From positions 22,355-86,354 of IMG/VR virus record IMGVR_UViG_3300044645_002359: a DNA stretch of 64,000 nucleotides; one strand, 5' to 3'. The notes under the pieces are model-generated. The model did not search any database, had not been told where the DNA came from, and saw only the letters and a program-made list of their open reading frames with translations. Positions 45,488-54,082 of the stretch are shown here, in pieces (position 1 is the stretch's first letter; each line of letters opens with the position of its first letter). Made by a program: the position numbers and the translations under genes. This DNA comes from a virus.

Positions 45488-45549
45488 TAGCAGCAGTTTC
45501 GAAAACTGCAGAGGGTTAAACCTCCGGGGGTTCAAATCCCTCCTCTTCC
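45465..45549 (+). tRNA. tRNA-Ser (anticodon CGA), type II
   Basis: Acceptor GGAAGAG/CTCTTCC; D stem GCTG/TAGC; anticodon stem GCAGT/ACTGC with loop TTCGAAA; variable arm AGAGGGttaaaCCTCC; T arm GGGGGttcaaatCCCTC; overlaps the last 8 codons of the upstream CDS. Confidence 0.7.
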
Positions 45550-45588
45550 GTTTACGGTTTTTTCCGATGAATAATAATAAGTTCAGCG

Positions 45589-45858
45589 GTGCTGAAGAAA
45601 CCGTCTTACACAAAATTTAACATGACAATTGAAAACAAAACAGACTTCGTGAACGAAGTTATTTCACGAGTGCTTAGCAATGCCCCTGTGAGCGAAGTTA
45701 TGAGAGTTTATTCTCTATCGGTCCAGGCAGCAATTGAAGAACTTGACGACGAAGGATTCCTTCAAGCTGTTCTTAACGCGGGGTACACAGACTTAATTGA
45801 AAAGTATGTCGAACCCGAAGACTTTTTCGAAGAGGGAGAGCTTGCAGAGGTTATCTGA
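45589..45858 (+). CDS. hypothetical protein (89 aa)
   Basis: ORF. Confidence 0.4.
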   Translation: MLKKPSYTKFNMTIENKTDFVNEVISRVLSNAPVSEVMRVYSLSVQAAIEELDDEGFLQAVLNAGYTDLIEKYVEPEDFFEEGELAEVI

Positions 45859-45861
45859 CGA

Positions 45862-45926
45862 AGACGGTTAACCGAACGGAAACTGACGGTTTCCTCCCTT
45901 GTTTTGCTCCGGCGAAACCGCTATAG
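45862..45926 (+). promoter_or_regulatory. hairpin-promoter cassette copy 15
   Basis: ACGGTTAACCGaacggaaactgACGGTTTCC; -35 TTGTTT; spacer TGCTCCGGCGAAAC; -10 TATAGT. The conserved ATGAAC at 45935 opens a 14-codon ORF before the real gene. Confidence 0.5.
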
Positions 45927-45955
45927 TAGGTTCATGAACGAGCCTACTTTTACGT

Positions 45956-46453
45956 ATGAAGAGAGCCATTCAAATTAAAGGAAGGGTTTCTCTGCCAGAG
46001 GACACTCTTCACCGATTGTTTAAGATTGCGAACAAAATTGTTGTTCCTTCCAGTTGGACCCTCGGTGAAGTGGGTTCCAGGGCTCAACCCCCTTGGCTTC
46101 TACCTCTAGTGGAAGAAGCTTTAGTAAGGTTAAACTCACAAGGATCCCGTAAGTTTCGGTTCCTGAGTAAGGACTCCCCGGCCATGAGGGAAATCTCGGC
46201 AATTGCTTATGGAAAAGGTTCCGTACCGACGCACACGGACCACGTCTCGGGGTTATCTCTGCTGACTTTCCTTGGTGGTTCTCTTGAAGATAGCGACGGA
46301 TGTCATCTTGTGGCAGAGGGAGAGTTCTACGCTGGAGGGCAAATGGTAACCCTTAACGCTGGACAGTCGCTTGTTTTCGACGACAGTGAGCCTCACTCTT
46401 GGATGCATAACGGTTACTGGTTTTTTGCTTGCAATGCGCTTGAGAAAGTTTAG
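45956..46453 (+). CDS. cupin / 2OG-Fe(II) oxygenase-like protein (HxD…H), paralog A
   Basis: PTHTDHVSG…PHSWMHNG; paralog of 47241. Confidence 0.4.
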   Translation: MKRAIQIKGRVSLPEDTLHRLFKIANKIVVPSSWTLGEVGSRAQPPWLLPLVEEALVRLNSQGSRKFRFLSKDSPAMREISAIAYGKGSVPTHTDHVSGLSLLTFLGGSLEDSDGCHLVAEGEFYAGGQMVTLNAGQSLVFDDSEPHSWMHNGYWFFACNALEKV

Positions 46454-46674
46454 CATGGCAAAATACTACCCCTGAAAGCTTTCGTTGAACTTGTGGCAGA
46501 AGCCACTTTGCATAACTATTTGAACAGTGGAACCGACCGAGTCACAGAGCCACACTGGCCATCCGTCATATACGAAATTTCCGAAGTTAAGCTAGAGAGG
46601 AAAGTCCGGCGAGGGCCGGAAAGAATGAAAGCAAAGCACTACGAAAGTTCCAACCAGTAACCAGATACCAATAA

Positions 46675-47256
46675 ATGAAAACGAACAGCGTTCTCTGTCA
46701 AATTGACCGGCGCGGTCGCTTGAGCAAGCCCGAAACTCTGAGGGATTATGGCAAACTTAGAGACCACATGATTCAGCGACCTTGGGAGTTGCTGAGCGAC
46801 GAGACTTTTATAGATTTAATTACCGAAAAGGGTTGTACCTTTCACGGGTGCTTGTTTAAGGGTCTTGATCTCATGGAGCTACAGTACCAGCGTCTTTGCT
46901 GGCACACTCAAACCCTCATCGGCGTAGACTTTGATAAGTGTAAAATTCACCCGGAGGAAATGACAGACCTTTACTCACACTTGGGCTACCGACCTTGGAT
47001 TGCCTATCGGACTTTCTCTGACGGGGAATTTCAGGGGAGGAATTCTTACCGACTGCTGTGGAAAGTCTGCGTCAATTTAAATGTTTCCTACGAACGAACC
47101 CATGCTTTCATCAAAGCCTTCGCAGCACTTGCCGGAGAAGGCATCGCCGACAAACACAGTATGGACCCCAGTCGAATGTGGCAGGGTAGCCGAAAAGGCT
47201 TCACCCATTACGACCCGGAATCCCCTTCACTAGACCTGCAATGCTCAGTACTTTGA
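46675..47256 (+). CDS. hypothetical protein (193 aa)
   Basis: ORF. Confidence 0.45.
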   Translation: MKTNSVLCQIDRRGRLSKPETLRDYGKLRDHMIQRPWELLSDETFIDLITEKGCTFHGCLFKGLDLMELQYQRLCWHTQTLIGVDFDKCKIHPEEMTDLYSHLGYRPWIAYRTFSDGEFQGRNSYRLLWKVCVNLNVSYERTHAFIKAFAALAGEGIADKHSMDPSRMWQGSRKGFTHYDPESPSLDLQCSVL

Positions 47257-47759
47257 CCGAAATTACTGTGGTTTCCCGGTACCTCTACGTCACAAGTGAG
47301 ATGGCAGAAGACCTTGTAAGAGAAGCAAGAAGTTACCCGGAAGAGTGGTCATTCGGTGCTGTCGACGTGGCGAAACTTCCGGAATCTTGTCAGCACTTGG
47401 GGCAACAAGCGATTGAGTCTTTGAACGAAGAGACAAGAGATTTCACATGGAGTCTCGGCGGTCAGTCACATGCAAAACCAGCAATGGCGTTTGGCCGTGG
47501 GAGCATCCCTTTCCATATTGACGAAATTACGGGGTTGACTTTGCTGATTCTCGTATATTGCCGCCCTTTGCAGTTTAACCAGGCTGCTCACGACAATTTA
47601 ACTTTGTCCGGTCAATTCTTATCGGAAGACGGGTACACCCCATTGACCCTGGGAAAAGCTCTAGTCTTTAACGATTGCAAACCCCACGCCTGGTTGACAA
47701 ACTCGGCCTGGGCCTTCGCTACGTTCCCTGTCGTAAAGGAGCGCAGGTACGCTCTCTGA
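47241..47759 (+). CDS. cupin / 2OG-Fe(II) oxygenase-like protein (HxD…H), paralog B
   Basis: PFHIDEITG…KPHAWLTN; same architecture as 45956. Confidence 0.4.
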   Translation: MLSTLTEITVVSRYLYVTSEMAEDLVREARSYPEEWSFGAVDVAKLPESCQHLGQQAIESLNEETRDFTWSLGGQSHAKPAMAFGRGSIPFHIDEITGLTLLILVYCRPLQFNQAAHDNLTLSGQFLSEDGYTPLTLGKALVFNDCKPHAWLTNSAWAFATFPVVKERRYAL

Positions 47760-47872
47760 GGCCCTGTAAGAGCCTTCGCTCCGCTCCGCCCCCCGACCCC
47801 CTGGCCCAGCTCTGAAGCTCCCCTCTCGGCCTTCTAGGCCCCCTTCACAAAGTTCACCCTATTGCCTTAAAA

Positions 47873-48394
47873 GTGAGAAGCAAAATTGCTTTAACGTTCG
47901 GCCGGTTCAATATCGGTCACTCAGGCCATGTTGAGCTGATTGAGAAATTGCTCATCCACGGCGATATTGCCAAAGTGTACGTATCGTCCGGTGGGAAGAA
48001 CAACGACTGGAACCTTCGCGTTCTCCTCCTGCGCACGTTGTGTCGCCAAGCGGGACTTGACCTAAACAGGGTATCATTTCTCAAGGCCATTAATCCTTTC
48101 AAGGCTCTCTCCGAGACTTTAGAAGGTTGTGACCCTGAGAACGTTTCTCTGGTTCTCGGCTCTGACCAAGTTACGATTGGAAGGGAACTTTCGCAAAGAT
48201 TCGACGTTTTCTTCTTTGAAAATGGAAGAAGTAGTTCAAGCACTGAAGTGAGAAAGATCCTAGACAGGGGTGCAACCTTAACCCTTTACTCCAATAACCG
48301 ATACGCCTTGAAACTTGCAAAACTCTTGAGACACGAGGAAACTTCAAATGAAAAGTTCAGAAAAACTCAAAGAAAAACTAAGAACCCTGCTTAA
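47873..48394 (+). CDS. NMN/NaMN adenylyltransferase-like nucleotidyltransferase (GTG start), paralog of 23382
   Basis: FGRFNIGHSGH (an HxGH-type motif); NDWNLRVLLLRTLCRQAGLDLNRVSF parallels VDWNLRNLMFRRVLKQQGVDVSRVKF of 23382. Confidence 0.5.
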   Translation: MRSKIALTFGRFNIGHSGHVELIEKLLIHGDIAKVYVSSGGKNNDWNLRVLLLRTLCRQAGLDLNRVSFLKAINPFKALSETLEGCDPENVSLVLGSDQVTIGRELSQRFDVFFFENGRSSSSTEVRKILDRGATLTLYSNNRYALKLAKLLRHEETSNEKFRKTQRKTKNPA

Positions 48395-48569
48395 GAACTA
48401 CCCTGGGCTTAAGGTCAGTGCTCGCTGGCCTTGGGAAGAACAAACCTTTCAGGAAATTGCCTGGGTGGTTCAAGACTACGTGAACAACAGTGGGGACGTA
48501 ATCAACGAGGATCCGCTGCAAGAGTGGATTGAAGAGTACAACTTTTTCCGGTTTGAAGTTGAAAAGTAA
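48348..48569 (+). CDS. hypothetical protein (73 aa)
   Basis: Overlapping ORF. Confidence 0.35.
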   Translation: MKSSEKLKEKLRTLLKNYPGLKVSARWPWEEQTFQEIAWVVQDYVNNSGDVINEDPLQEWIEEYNFFRFEVEK

Positions 48570-48573
48570 GCTC

Positions 48574-48638
48574 GGGCGGTAAACCGAACGGAAACTTTCG
48601 GCTTCCCACCTTGGCTCTGGCTCGCAAACCAGGTATAG
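48574..48638 (+). promoter_or_regulatory. hairpin-promoter cassette copy 16
   Basis: GGGCGGTAAACCGAACGGaaactttCGGCTTCCCACC; -35 TTGGCT; -10 TATAGT; ATG at 48646. Confidence 0.5.
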
Positions 48639-48645
48639 TTGTTGT

Positions 48646-49107
48646 ATGAACGAACTCGAAGCCTACGTGATGGTCGGTGCCCCTGGCTCTGGAAAGTCGA
48701 CCCAAGTTTCTAAGCTGGTCGCCAGCCACCCGGATGCCATTGTGATTTCCGGTGATGATATCCGCGCTGAACTCTACGGCGACGCAAACATCCAAGGCAA
48801 TTACGTCGAAATTCACGACCGTATGCTGGAAATTCTCGAAGAGAATGTCGGTCGCACCGTAATCATGGATGGCACCCACTACAGGGCCGCTTACCGCAAG
48901 GAAGCTATCGCTATGCTGAACTCATACGGGTACAACAAAGTTGTTGCTGTAGTAGTCGACAAACCTCTTGCTGTTTGCTTGCGACAGAACTCTTTGCGGG
49001 ACCGTAAAGTTCCCGAGCATGTGATTGAGCGCATGCACAACTCTTTGCAAGCTTCCCTCAAGAGCATCATCAACGAACCCTTCCACCGAATTGACTTTAT
49101 ATACTGA
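48646..49107 (+). CDS. P-loop polynucleotide 5'-kinase domain protein (T4 Pnk kinase-like)
   Basis: Walker A VMVGAPGSGKST, then …ISGDDIRAELYG, similar to the Pnk kinase N-domain. Confidence 0.6.
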   Translation: MNELEAYVMVGAPGSGKSTQVSKLVASHPDAIVISGDDIRAELYGDANIQGNYVEIHDRMLEILEENVGRTVIMDGTHYRAAYRKEAIAMLNSYGYNKVVAVVVDKPLAVCLRQNSLRDRKVPEHVIERMHNSLQASLKSIINEPFHRIDFIY

Positions 49108-49111
49108 CGCA

Positions 49112-49825
49112 ATGATCACCTACAGCAACAAATTACATCAAGGTGACGTAGTTGCCCTCGGGGATATTCACGCGACCTGGACTCTTTTTGGGCAATTTCT
49201 GAGTTGGGTGAAAGACTCTCGGGCTACAGTCATCCTTTTGGGGGATATGTGTGACCGTGGCGGTGGCGACCTGAAAGTTTTAGAGCAGGTGAAAAGGCTC
49301 CTTAACGGTCCGGAGGACTGGGGGCTTCAAGCCTTTTATGCCCTGATGGGAAACCATGAGAGAATGTTTCTTGATGCCATGTTGGGTGATCCTCATGGTC
49401 AAGGTTACCACTTGTGGATACAAAACGGGGGCAATTTTGATCAGGCACCTGAGATGGTGAAAGAGCACGCAGCCTGGATAAAAGAACTACCAATCTACAT
49501 GACCATCGGTGATACTTTATTTGTACACGGGGGTATTTACCCTGGTCACGACCCAGCTAAAGCTGTTGCGGAGAAACGAGGAGATGCTCTTCTGTGGATG
49601 CGCCAACCTTTCCTCACGTTTGGCCCTGAGTTCGAACTTTGGAACCCTAACTTAAAGAGGGTTGTTCACGGTCACACACCCACGGTTTTTGAAGAAGGTG
49701 GTCAAGATCGCGTGCCAATTCACAAAGGCGACAGGGTGAATATTGACACCGGTGCTTACGCTCGTAAAGGGTGCCTCACTGCCTACAACGTTACTCAAGA
49801 TACCTTTTGCCAGTTCTTCCGTTAG
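49112..49825 (+). CDS. metallophosphoesterase, PPP/ApaH-like (paralog 3; GDxHG, GDxxDRG, GNHE)
   Basis: VVALGDIHAT…LLGDMCDRGG…LMGNHE; adjacent to the Pnk-like kinase. Confidence 0.65.
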   Translation: MITYSNKLHQGDVVALGDIHATWTLFGQFLSWVKDSRATVILLGDMCDRGGGDLKVLEQVKRLLNGPEDWGLQAFYALMGNHERMFLDAMLGDPHGQGYHLWIQNGGNFDQAPEMVKEHAAWIKELPIYMTIGDTLFVHGGIYPGHDPAKAVAEKRGDALLWMRQPFLTFGPEFELWNPNLKRVVHGHTPTVFEEGGQDRVPIHKGDRVNIDTGAYARKGCLTAYNVTQDTFCQFFR

Positions 49826-49860
49826 GTTTAACTTTCAATCTAGACAACAATTTCTAAACC

Positions 49861-50757
49861 ATGAAACTTTTGCTCGTTGATACTTCGGCCCTCCTATACC
49901 GCTCTCGTTCAGCACTTTGCCGGGCCATGGGAGAAATGGTTACGAGTTTCGGGGTGCCTGTTACCGGCACCTACGGTTTTTGTAACGCCTTGTTCGCTGT
50001 CATGGCGGAGAACAACTACGACTGCGTAATCCCTTGTTTCGATAAAGGAGGAAACTTTCGTAAGAAAGAAGAAGGAACTTACAAAGCGAATCGGGAAAAG
50101 GCTAGCGTTGAGCATTACTCCGACCTTAGCCTTTTGCTTGAGGACGTTCTTCCTACTCTTGGTTTCTCCCCTGTCGGCGCCCAAGGATTTGAGGCTGACG
50201 ACGTTATCGCGCACATTTCTCGCAACTCTCCCGCTTATTCAGAAATCCATATTTTTTCTTGCGATAAAGACCTTTTACAACTTGTAACTGAACGTGTGAA
50301 AGTGCTTCTATTTAGCTCAACCAAGAAGATGGAACTTGTTGACGTAGAAGGGGTGAAGAAACACTTCGGAGTAATGCCTTCGGAAGTCAAATACTTCAAG
50401 GCATTGGCAGGTGATTCTTCCGACAATATCGCGGGTATTGCTGGCATCGGGCCGAAGACTGCTTTGAAAATTATTGAAGAGTGCCGAGCTGATAGCACCA
50501 GCGAAGGATTCTCGATTGCAGACCGGATCACCTTCCACCCAAAGGTTGTGTCTAAAGCCTCAACCTTCTTGGGGAATCTTCGCCTTGTAACTCTAGAAAA
50601 CGATGTCCCCGATCTGTCTTGGTATGCTTCTTCACCACCTATAGAATCACACGTGAAAACGTTGTTTGAAGGGCTTGAGTTCAAGTCATATTTGAAGCCT
50701 GCTCGGTTGGGTAAAGTCCTGAAAACTCTCAAAGTTCTACAAGTTAATGAAACTTGA
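49861..50757 (+). CDS. 5'-3' exonuclease / flap endonuclease (T4 RNase H / Pol I N-domain-like)
   Basis: LLLVDTSALLYRS…FDKGGNFRKKEEGTYKANR…GFEADDVIA…GIAGIGPKTALKIIEE (the helix-three-turn-helix (H3TH) motif). Confidence 0.7.
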   Translation: MKLLLVDTSALLYRSRSALCRAMGEMVTSFGVPVTGTYGFCNALFAVMAENNYDCVIPCFDKGGNFRKKEEGTYKANREKASVEHYSDLSLLLEDVLPTLGFSPVGAQGFEADDVIAHISRNSPAYSEIHIFSCDKDLLQLVTERVKVLLFSSTKKMELVDVEGVKKHFGVMPSEVKYFKALAGDSSDNIAGIAGIGPKTALKIIEECRADSTSEGFSIADRITFHPKVVSKASTFLGNLRLVTLENDVPDLSWYASSPPIESHVKTLFEGLEFKSYLKPARLGKVLKTLKVLQVNET

Positions 50758-51005
50758 AAATGATCTCCCTAAAGTGCAGATTCACAACAAGTCAGTTTAG
50801 AGTCTTAGGCAACTTTGCTTTAATTGTAGGCCAATTCATTCTTCTTTTCAAAAGCAGGCAGATCGGTCTCCTGACACTTCTTCTTGGAAGCAGCCTCAGC
50901 CTCCCTTACTTTCTAAAACAAAAACAATGGGATGTCGTTGCTGTGATCGTAATGGGAATTACCCTTAACCTTTCCGGCCTTTTCATAAACCCTTTTCTCA
51001 TGTGA
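50754..51005 (+). CDS. small membrane protein (83 aa)
   Basis: Hydrophobic helices. Confidence 0.35.
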   Translation: MKMISLKCRFTTSQFRVLGNFALIVGQFILLFKSRQIGLLTLLLGSSLSLPYFLKQKQWDVVAVIVMGITLNLSGLFINPFLM

Positions 51006-51014
51006 GTGTAGAGT

Positions 51015-51077
51015 CGGATAACCGAACCGCTGAAGGCGGTTCACCCCCTTGTCTCTGAAGAGATGGCACGCTATGAT
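51015..51077 (+). promoter_or_regulatory. hairpin-promoter cassette copy 17
   Basis: AACCGCtgaaGGCGGTT; -35 TTGTCT; -10 TATGAT; ATG at 51084. Confidence 0.5.
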
Positions 51078-51083
51078 TATAGT

Positions 51084-51221
51084 ATGAAAAACGACTCGAT
51101 TCGCTGCAAACTCGGACCCCGTGAGAAGGGCCGGAAACATAAGGGCAAGGCGAAGCCCCAAGCTCTGCGCCAGGCGAAATCCCGTCGTGCTAACCTCCTT
51201 CAAAAACTCGCTGCAAAATGA
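51084..51221 (+). CDS. small basic protein (45 aa, K/R-rich)
   Basis: Leaderless ATG directly after the cassette; ATGA-coupled to the next ORF; below the track cutoff. Confidence 0.35.
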   Translation: MKNDSIRCKLGPREKGRKHKGKAKPQALRQAKSRRANLLQKLAAK

Positions 51222-51475
51222 CAACCCTGCCCTGCATCCATCTTAACGGCACTGGTGCCGCTTCCCTTGCCGCGGAGTACGAGGAGGCCTACAGAGCCCT
51301 TCAGAATGCCCAGAGCAAGCTGGCTGAAGCCACCTGTCATCCCCGCGACTTCTACCCTCTTGGAGACCAAGCCTGGTCTCAAGCCCGTGAAGAACGCGAG
51401 AGTGCCCTGAAAAAACTTCGCGAAGTTAAAGAGTACTTGGCAGGTTGGGTGAATCACTGCTCTGATTATTCCTGA
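51218..51475 (+). CDS. hypothetical protein (85 aa)
   Basis: ORF. Confidence 0.4.
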   Translation: MTTLPCIHLNGTGAASLAAEYEEAYRALQNAQSKLAEATCHPRDFYPLGDQAWSQAREERESALKKLREVKEYLAGWVNHCSDYS

Positions 51476-51509
51476 ACTTTTCGATAAACACTGAACCCCG
51501 TGAGTTAAA

Positions 51510-51830
51510 ATGAAAGAAAAGTACGCCATCTTTCTGTTGTTAATTCCTGTTATTATCTTTTCTTTTCTGTTTTCTAAGAATCGAGGAGGTAGTGAAAGAT
51601 ACTATACTAAGAAAAGTCTCTCAACAAGGGGAATAGAAATCACTAAGTCTGAAAACGAAATAGGTGACGAAGCGTGCTCACATCTCTCTTACTGCAAACA
51701 ATCTAAACCGAGTGAATCACTGAAACCACCCGTGCCTTCAGTGCCAGGACCCTTACCAGTAGTAGGACTCTTTTCGGCTCTAGCCTACAGCCGCAAACTT
51801 CGACAGAGGATAAAAAATGAGCATCCATGA
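51510..51830 (+). CDS. secreted or membrane protein (106 aa)
   Basis: N-terminal hydrophobic segment. Confidence 0.35.
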   Translation: MKEKYAIFLLLIPVIIFSFLFSKNRGGSERYYTKKSLSTRGIEITKSENEIGDEACSHLSYCKQSKPSESLKPPVPSVPGPLPVVGLFSALAYSRKLRQRIKNEHP

Positions 51831-52038
51831 GTTCTGCGCTGAAGAAATGATACGGTTCGCTCAAGCTAATCCCCAAGTTCAAAAAGAAAAAGACCACGAA
51901 GGACGGAGTGAAATGATTTCTTTTATAGCTTTACAAAATTGTAACTATTTAGATTATCTCCAGGATAGAGAAGACAGCTTTTCTTTAAAGCCGAAAAATG
52001 TTTCTAATCCCTTAAGAAGTTCCAACCCGGCCTTCTAA
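51817..52038 (+). CDS. hypothetical protein (73 aa)
   Basis: ORF. Confidence 0.35.
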   Translation: MSIHEFCAEEMIRFAQANPQVQKEKDHEGRSEMISFIALQNCNYLDYLQDREDSFSLKPKNVSNPLRSSNPAF

Positions 52039-52041
52039 ACT

Positions 52042-52404
52042 GTGTCACTTAACAAGAAAAGTCTAATCACCGAAAAAATGAACGACAACTTAAGCAGGAT
52101 TAAGCCCAAGCTGAGAACCGAGGGTCGAGTCTCAGGCAACTTCGGCAGAAATAAAGTTGAGGGAAAAAGACAGACTCTGGATCTGAGCTCCAGCATATTG
52201 AACAAAGACATTTTGAGGATCCCCGATCCCCGAAAAGTTTACGAAAGGCTGGAACAAGCCTATACTATTACCACAGACCCCGAGCTGAAAGCTTTCCTAG
52301 CTGAAATGCTTAAGAAGCGTAAAGCAACGACCCAGACTAAAGTAGCCGAAAAAACTGCTCGTCCTCGGTCCGAATACTGGGAGGAAGTTAACCGTGTACG
52401 GTAA
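52042..52404 (+). CDS. hypothetical protein (120 aa)
   Basis: ORF. Confidence 0.4.
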   Translation: MSLNKKSLITEKMNDNLSRIKPKLRTEGRVSGNFGRNKVEGKRQTLDLSSSILNKDILRIPDPRKVYERLEQAYTITTDPELKAFLAEMLKKRKATTQTKVAEKTARPRSEYWEEVNRVR

Positions 52405-52633
52405 CCCTGTGACTTATAAATCGCCTCTTCGAATATACGAAAACCTACCATCACTTGTAGTTTACAAGTGCTCTCAAACAGAGACTGTGGTTGGTAAGGT
52501 TTACAAAACTCCCGAAGGGAAGTGGTTTTTAGCAACACGATATGTAAGCCATTGGCAACCTATTGAGGTATTTGCTAAGTACCAAGGTTTCCTTTTTCTA
52601 AACAAACTTCACAAACAACACACTCAAACTTGA
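52394..52633 (+). CDS. hypothetical protein (79 aa)
   Basis: ORF. Confidence 0.35.
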   Translation: MYGNPVTYKSPLRIYENLPSLVVYKCSQTETVVGKVYKTPEGKWFLATRYVSHWQPIEVFAKYQGFLFLNKLHKQHTQT

Positions 52634-52886
52634 GTCAAACGTTCAGGCTGCTTCGGCAGCCCGGAAGTAGGTGACAAAGGAACGCATTCGTTCAGTCTGT
52701 TTACAGGCCGGGATTGTCTCCAAAGGAACGCGCAAAGCAACCCTAGGAGAACACAATGATTAACACTTCAGACAATTCAACCAAAGGTCTCAACCCTCTG
52801 TTTCTTATCAAAAAAAGCCTTATCAAAGAAAGCAAACTCAAAGAAGCACAGCTTGAGATGGCCAAGAAACCCTAAATTCTATAAAA

Positions 52887-53147
52887 ATGAGCTATATCCC
52901 TGTTTTAGTATTGCTTCCAGAGCCAGAAGCCGAAGAAATTCACCGATCTGTAAACCTTTCTAACCATGAATGGCTTGTTCTTTCTCAATGCACAGAATCT
53001 TTTTCTGCTGCTTACCGGGAAAGTCACAGCCAAGTGATTGCAACTTATGTCACTCGTGGGCAGCTAGATTTAGCTGTTGAAGAGGCGGCGAAAATGAACG
53101 GTTTGCTACAGCAACTCGATAAAATTCAAGCCAAACTTGTATCCTGA
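52887..53147 (+). CDS. hypothetical protein (86 aa)
   Basis: ORF. Confidence 0.4.
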   Translation: MSYIPVLVLLPEPEAEEIHRSVNLSNHEWLVLSQCTESFSAAYRESHSQVIATYVTRGQLDLAVEEAAKMNGLLQQLDKIQAKLVS

Positions 53148-53155
53148 CGAATCAA

Positions 53156-53554
53156 ATGCTTAGCAATGTTCCCCCTGTCGTGTTTGACATTGACATGACA
53201 TTGACCAGCGAATGGTACTACAATGACAACGTCACTCGACTCCACGTGAACAAGCCGATCGTTCAACTTGCAAGAGCACTTGTTGATTCAGGAGTTCCAG
53301 TTGTGATTTCGACCGCTCGACCCGAACGATTGAGAATTGACTCTCAAATTTGGCTTCGAGGCATCGGGCTCAAATACGAAGCCTTGTATATGAGAGAAGA
53401 CGGGGACGACCGTCCAGATCACTACGTTAAAACCGAACAAGCACTTTCGATTATCGAAGATTTCGGACGCCCTATGTTGTGGTATGACGACAACGCGGAC
53501 AACTGCAAAGTTGTGAAAAACCTGGGAATCCCCTGCATACAAGTAATTCAATGA
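53156..53554 (+). CDS. HAD-superfamily phosphatase (DxDxT; Pnk 3'-phosphatase-like)
   Basis: VVFDIDMTLT motif I, followed by a small Rossmann-like core. Confidence 0.5.
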   Translation: MLSNVPPVVFDIDMTLTSEWYYNDNVTRLHVNKPIVQLARALVDSGVPVVISTARPERLRIDSQIWLRGIGLKYEALYMREDGDDRPDHYVKTEQALSIIEDFGRPMLWYDDNADNCKVVKNLGIPCIQVIQ

Positions 53555-53772
53555 AGAAGGATCAAAAAGAAATAAGTTTAAAACCTCCGATTAAAATTGG
53601 CCTAAAAGAGGCTCAAAACCGCAGGGATTTGATGGCGACTATGGCAGAGATGAGCCAGCACTTACCTAACGTTTCTTCGGAAAAGCAAGAGCTAGTGGCT
53701 CAGTTCATGGTAGAACAACTCCGTGGGGCGGCTAACCGAACCGAACCGTTCGGTTCTAACCCTGACTCCTAA
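53551..53772 (+). CDS. hypothetical protein (73 aa)
   Basis: ATGA overlap. Confidence 0.35.
   Translation: MKKDQKEISLKPPIKIGLKEAQNRRDLMATMAEMSQHLPNVSSEKQELVAQFMVEQLRGAANRTEPFGSNPDS
53728..53758 (+). terminator. cassette-type hairpin without a promoter half (CCGAACcgaaccGTTCGG)
   Basis: Hairpin only; the next ATG is at 53772. Confidence 0.4.
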
Positions 53773-54050
53773 TGGAGACCCAAGCTAAACTAAAATTACC
53801 GAAACAACTTCCAATGGTTACCGAATCCGAAATTTCCATTACGTTTAACAACGAATCTTGGAAGCTCTTGTACGACCTTTTAAAAGTGAGGCAATATTCT
53901 CTCGAGCGCGATGTTGCCCGGGCAGACGAAACTGGCTCAATGGACTTTGCGCAAATTCTCCTGGACGAAGCTGCTGAATGCAAGGAGATTTCCGATCTGA
54001 TCTCATTTAACATTACTCTCAACAACTTATCAGAAGCCTTTGTAGATTAA
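53772..54050 (+). CDS. hypothetical protein (92 aa)
   Basis: ORF. Confidence 0.4.
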   Translation: METQAKLKLPKQLPMVTESEISITFNNESWKLLYDLLKVRQYSLERDVARADETGSMDFAQILLDEAAECKEISDLISFNITLNNLSEAFVD

Positions 54051-54082
54051 AGTAAAGTTCACTGTTCACTCGCGAAGCTTTC

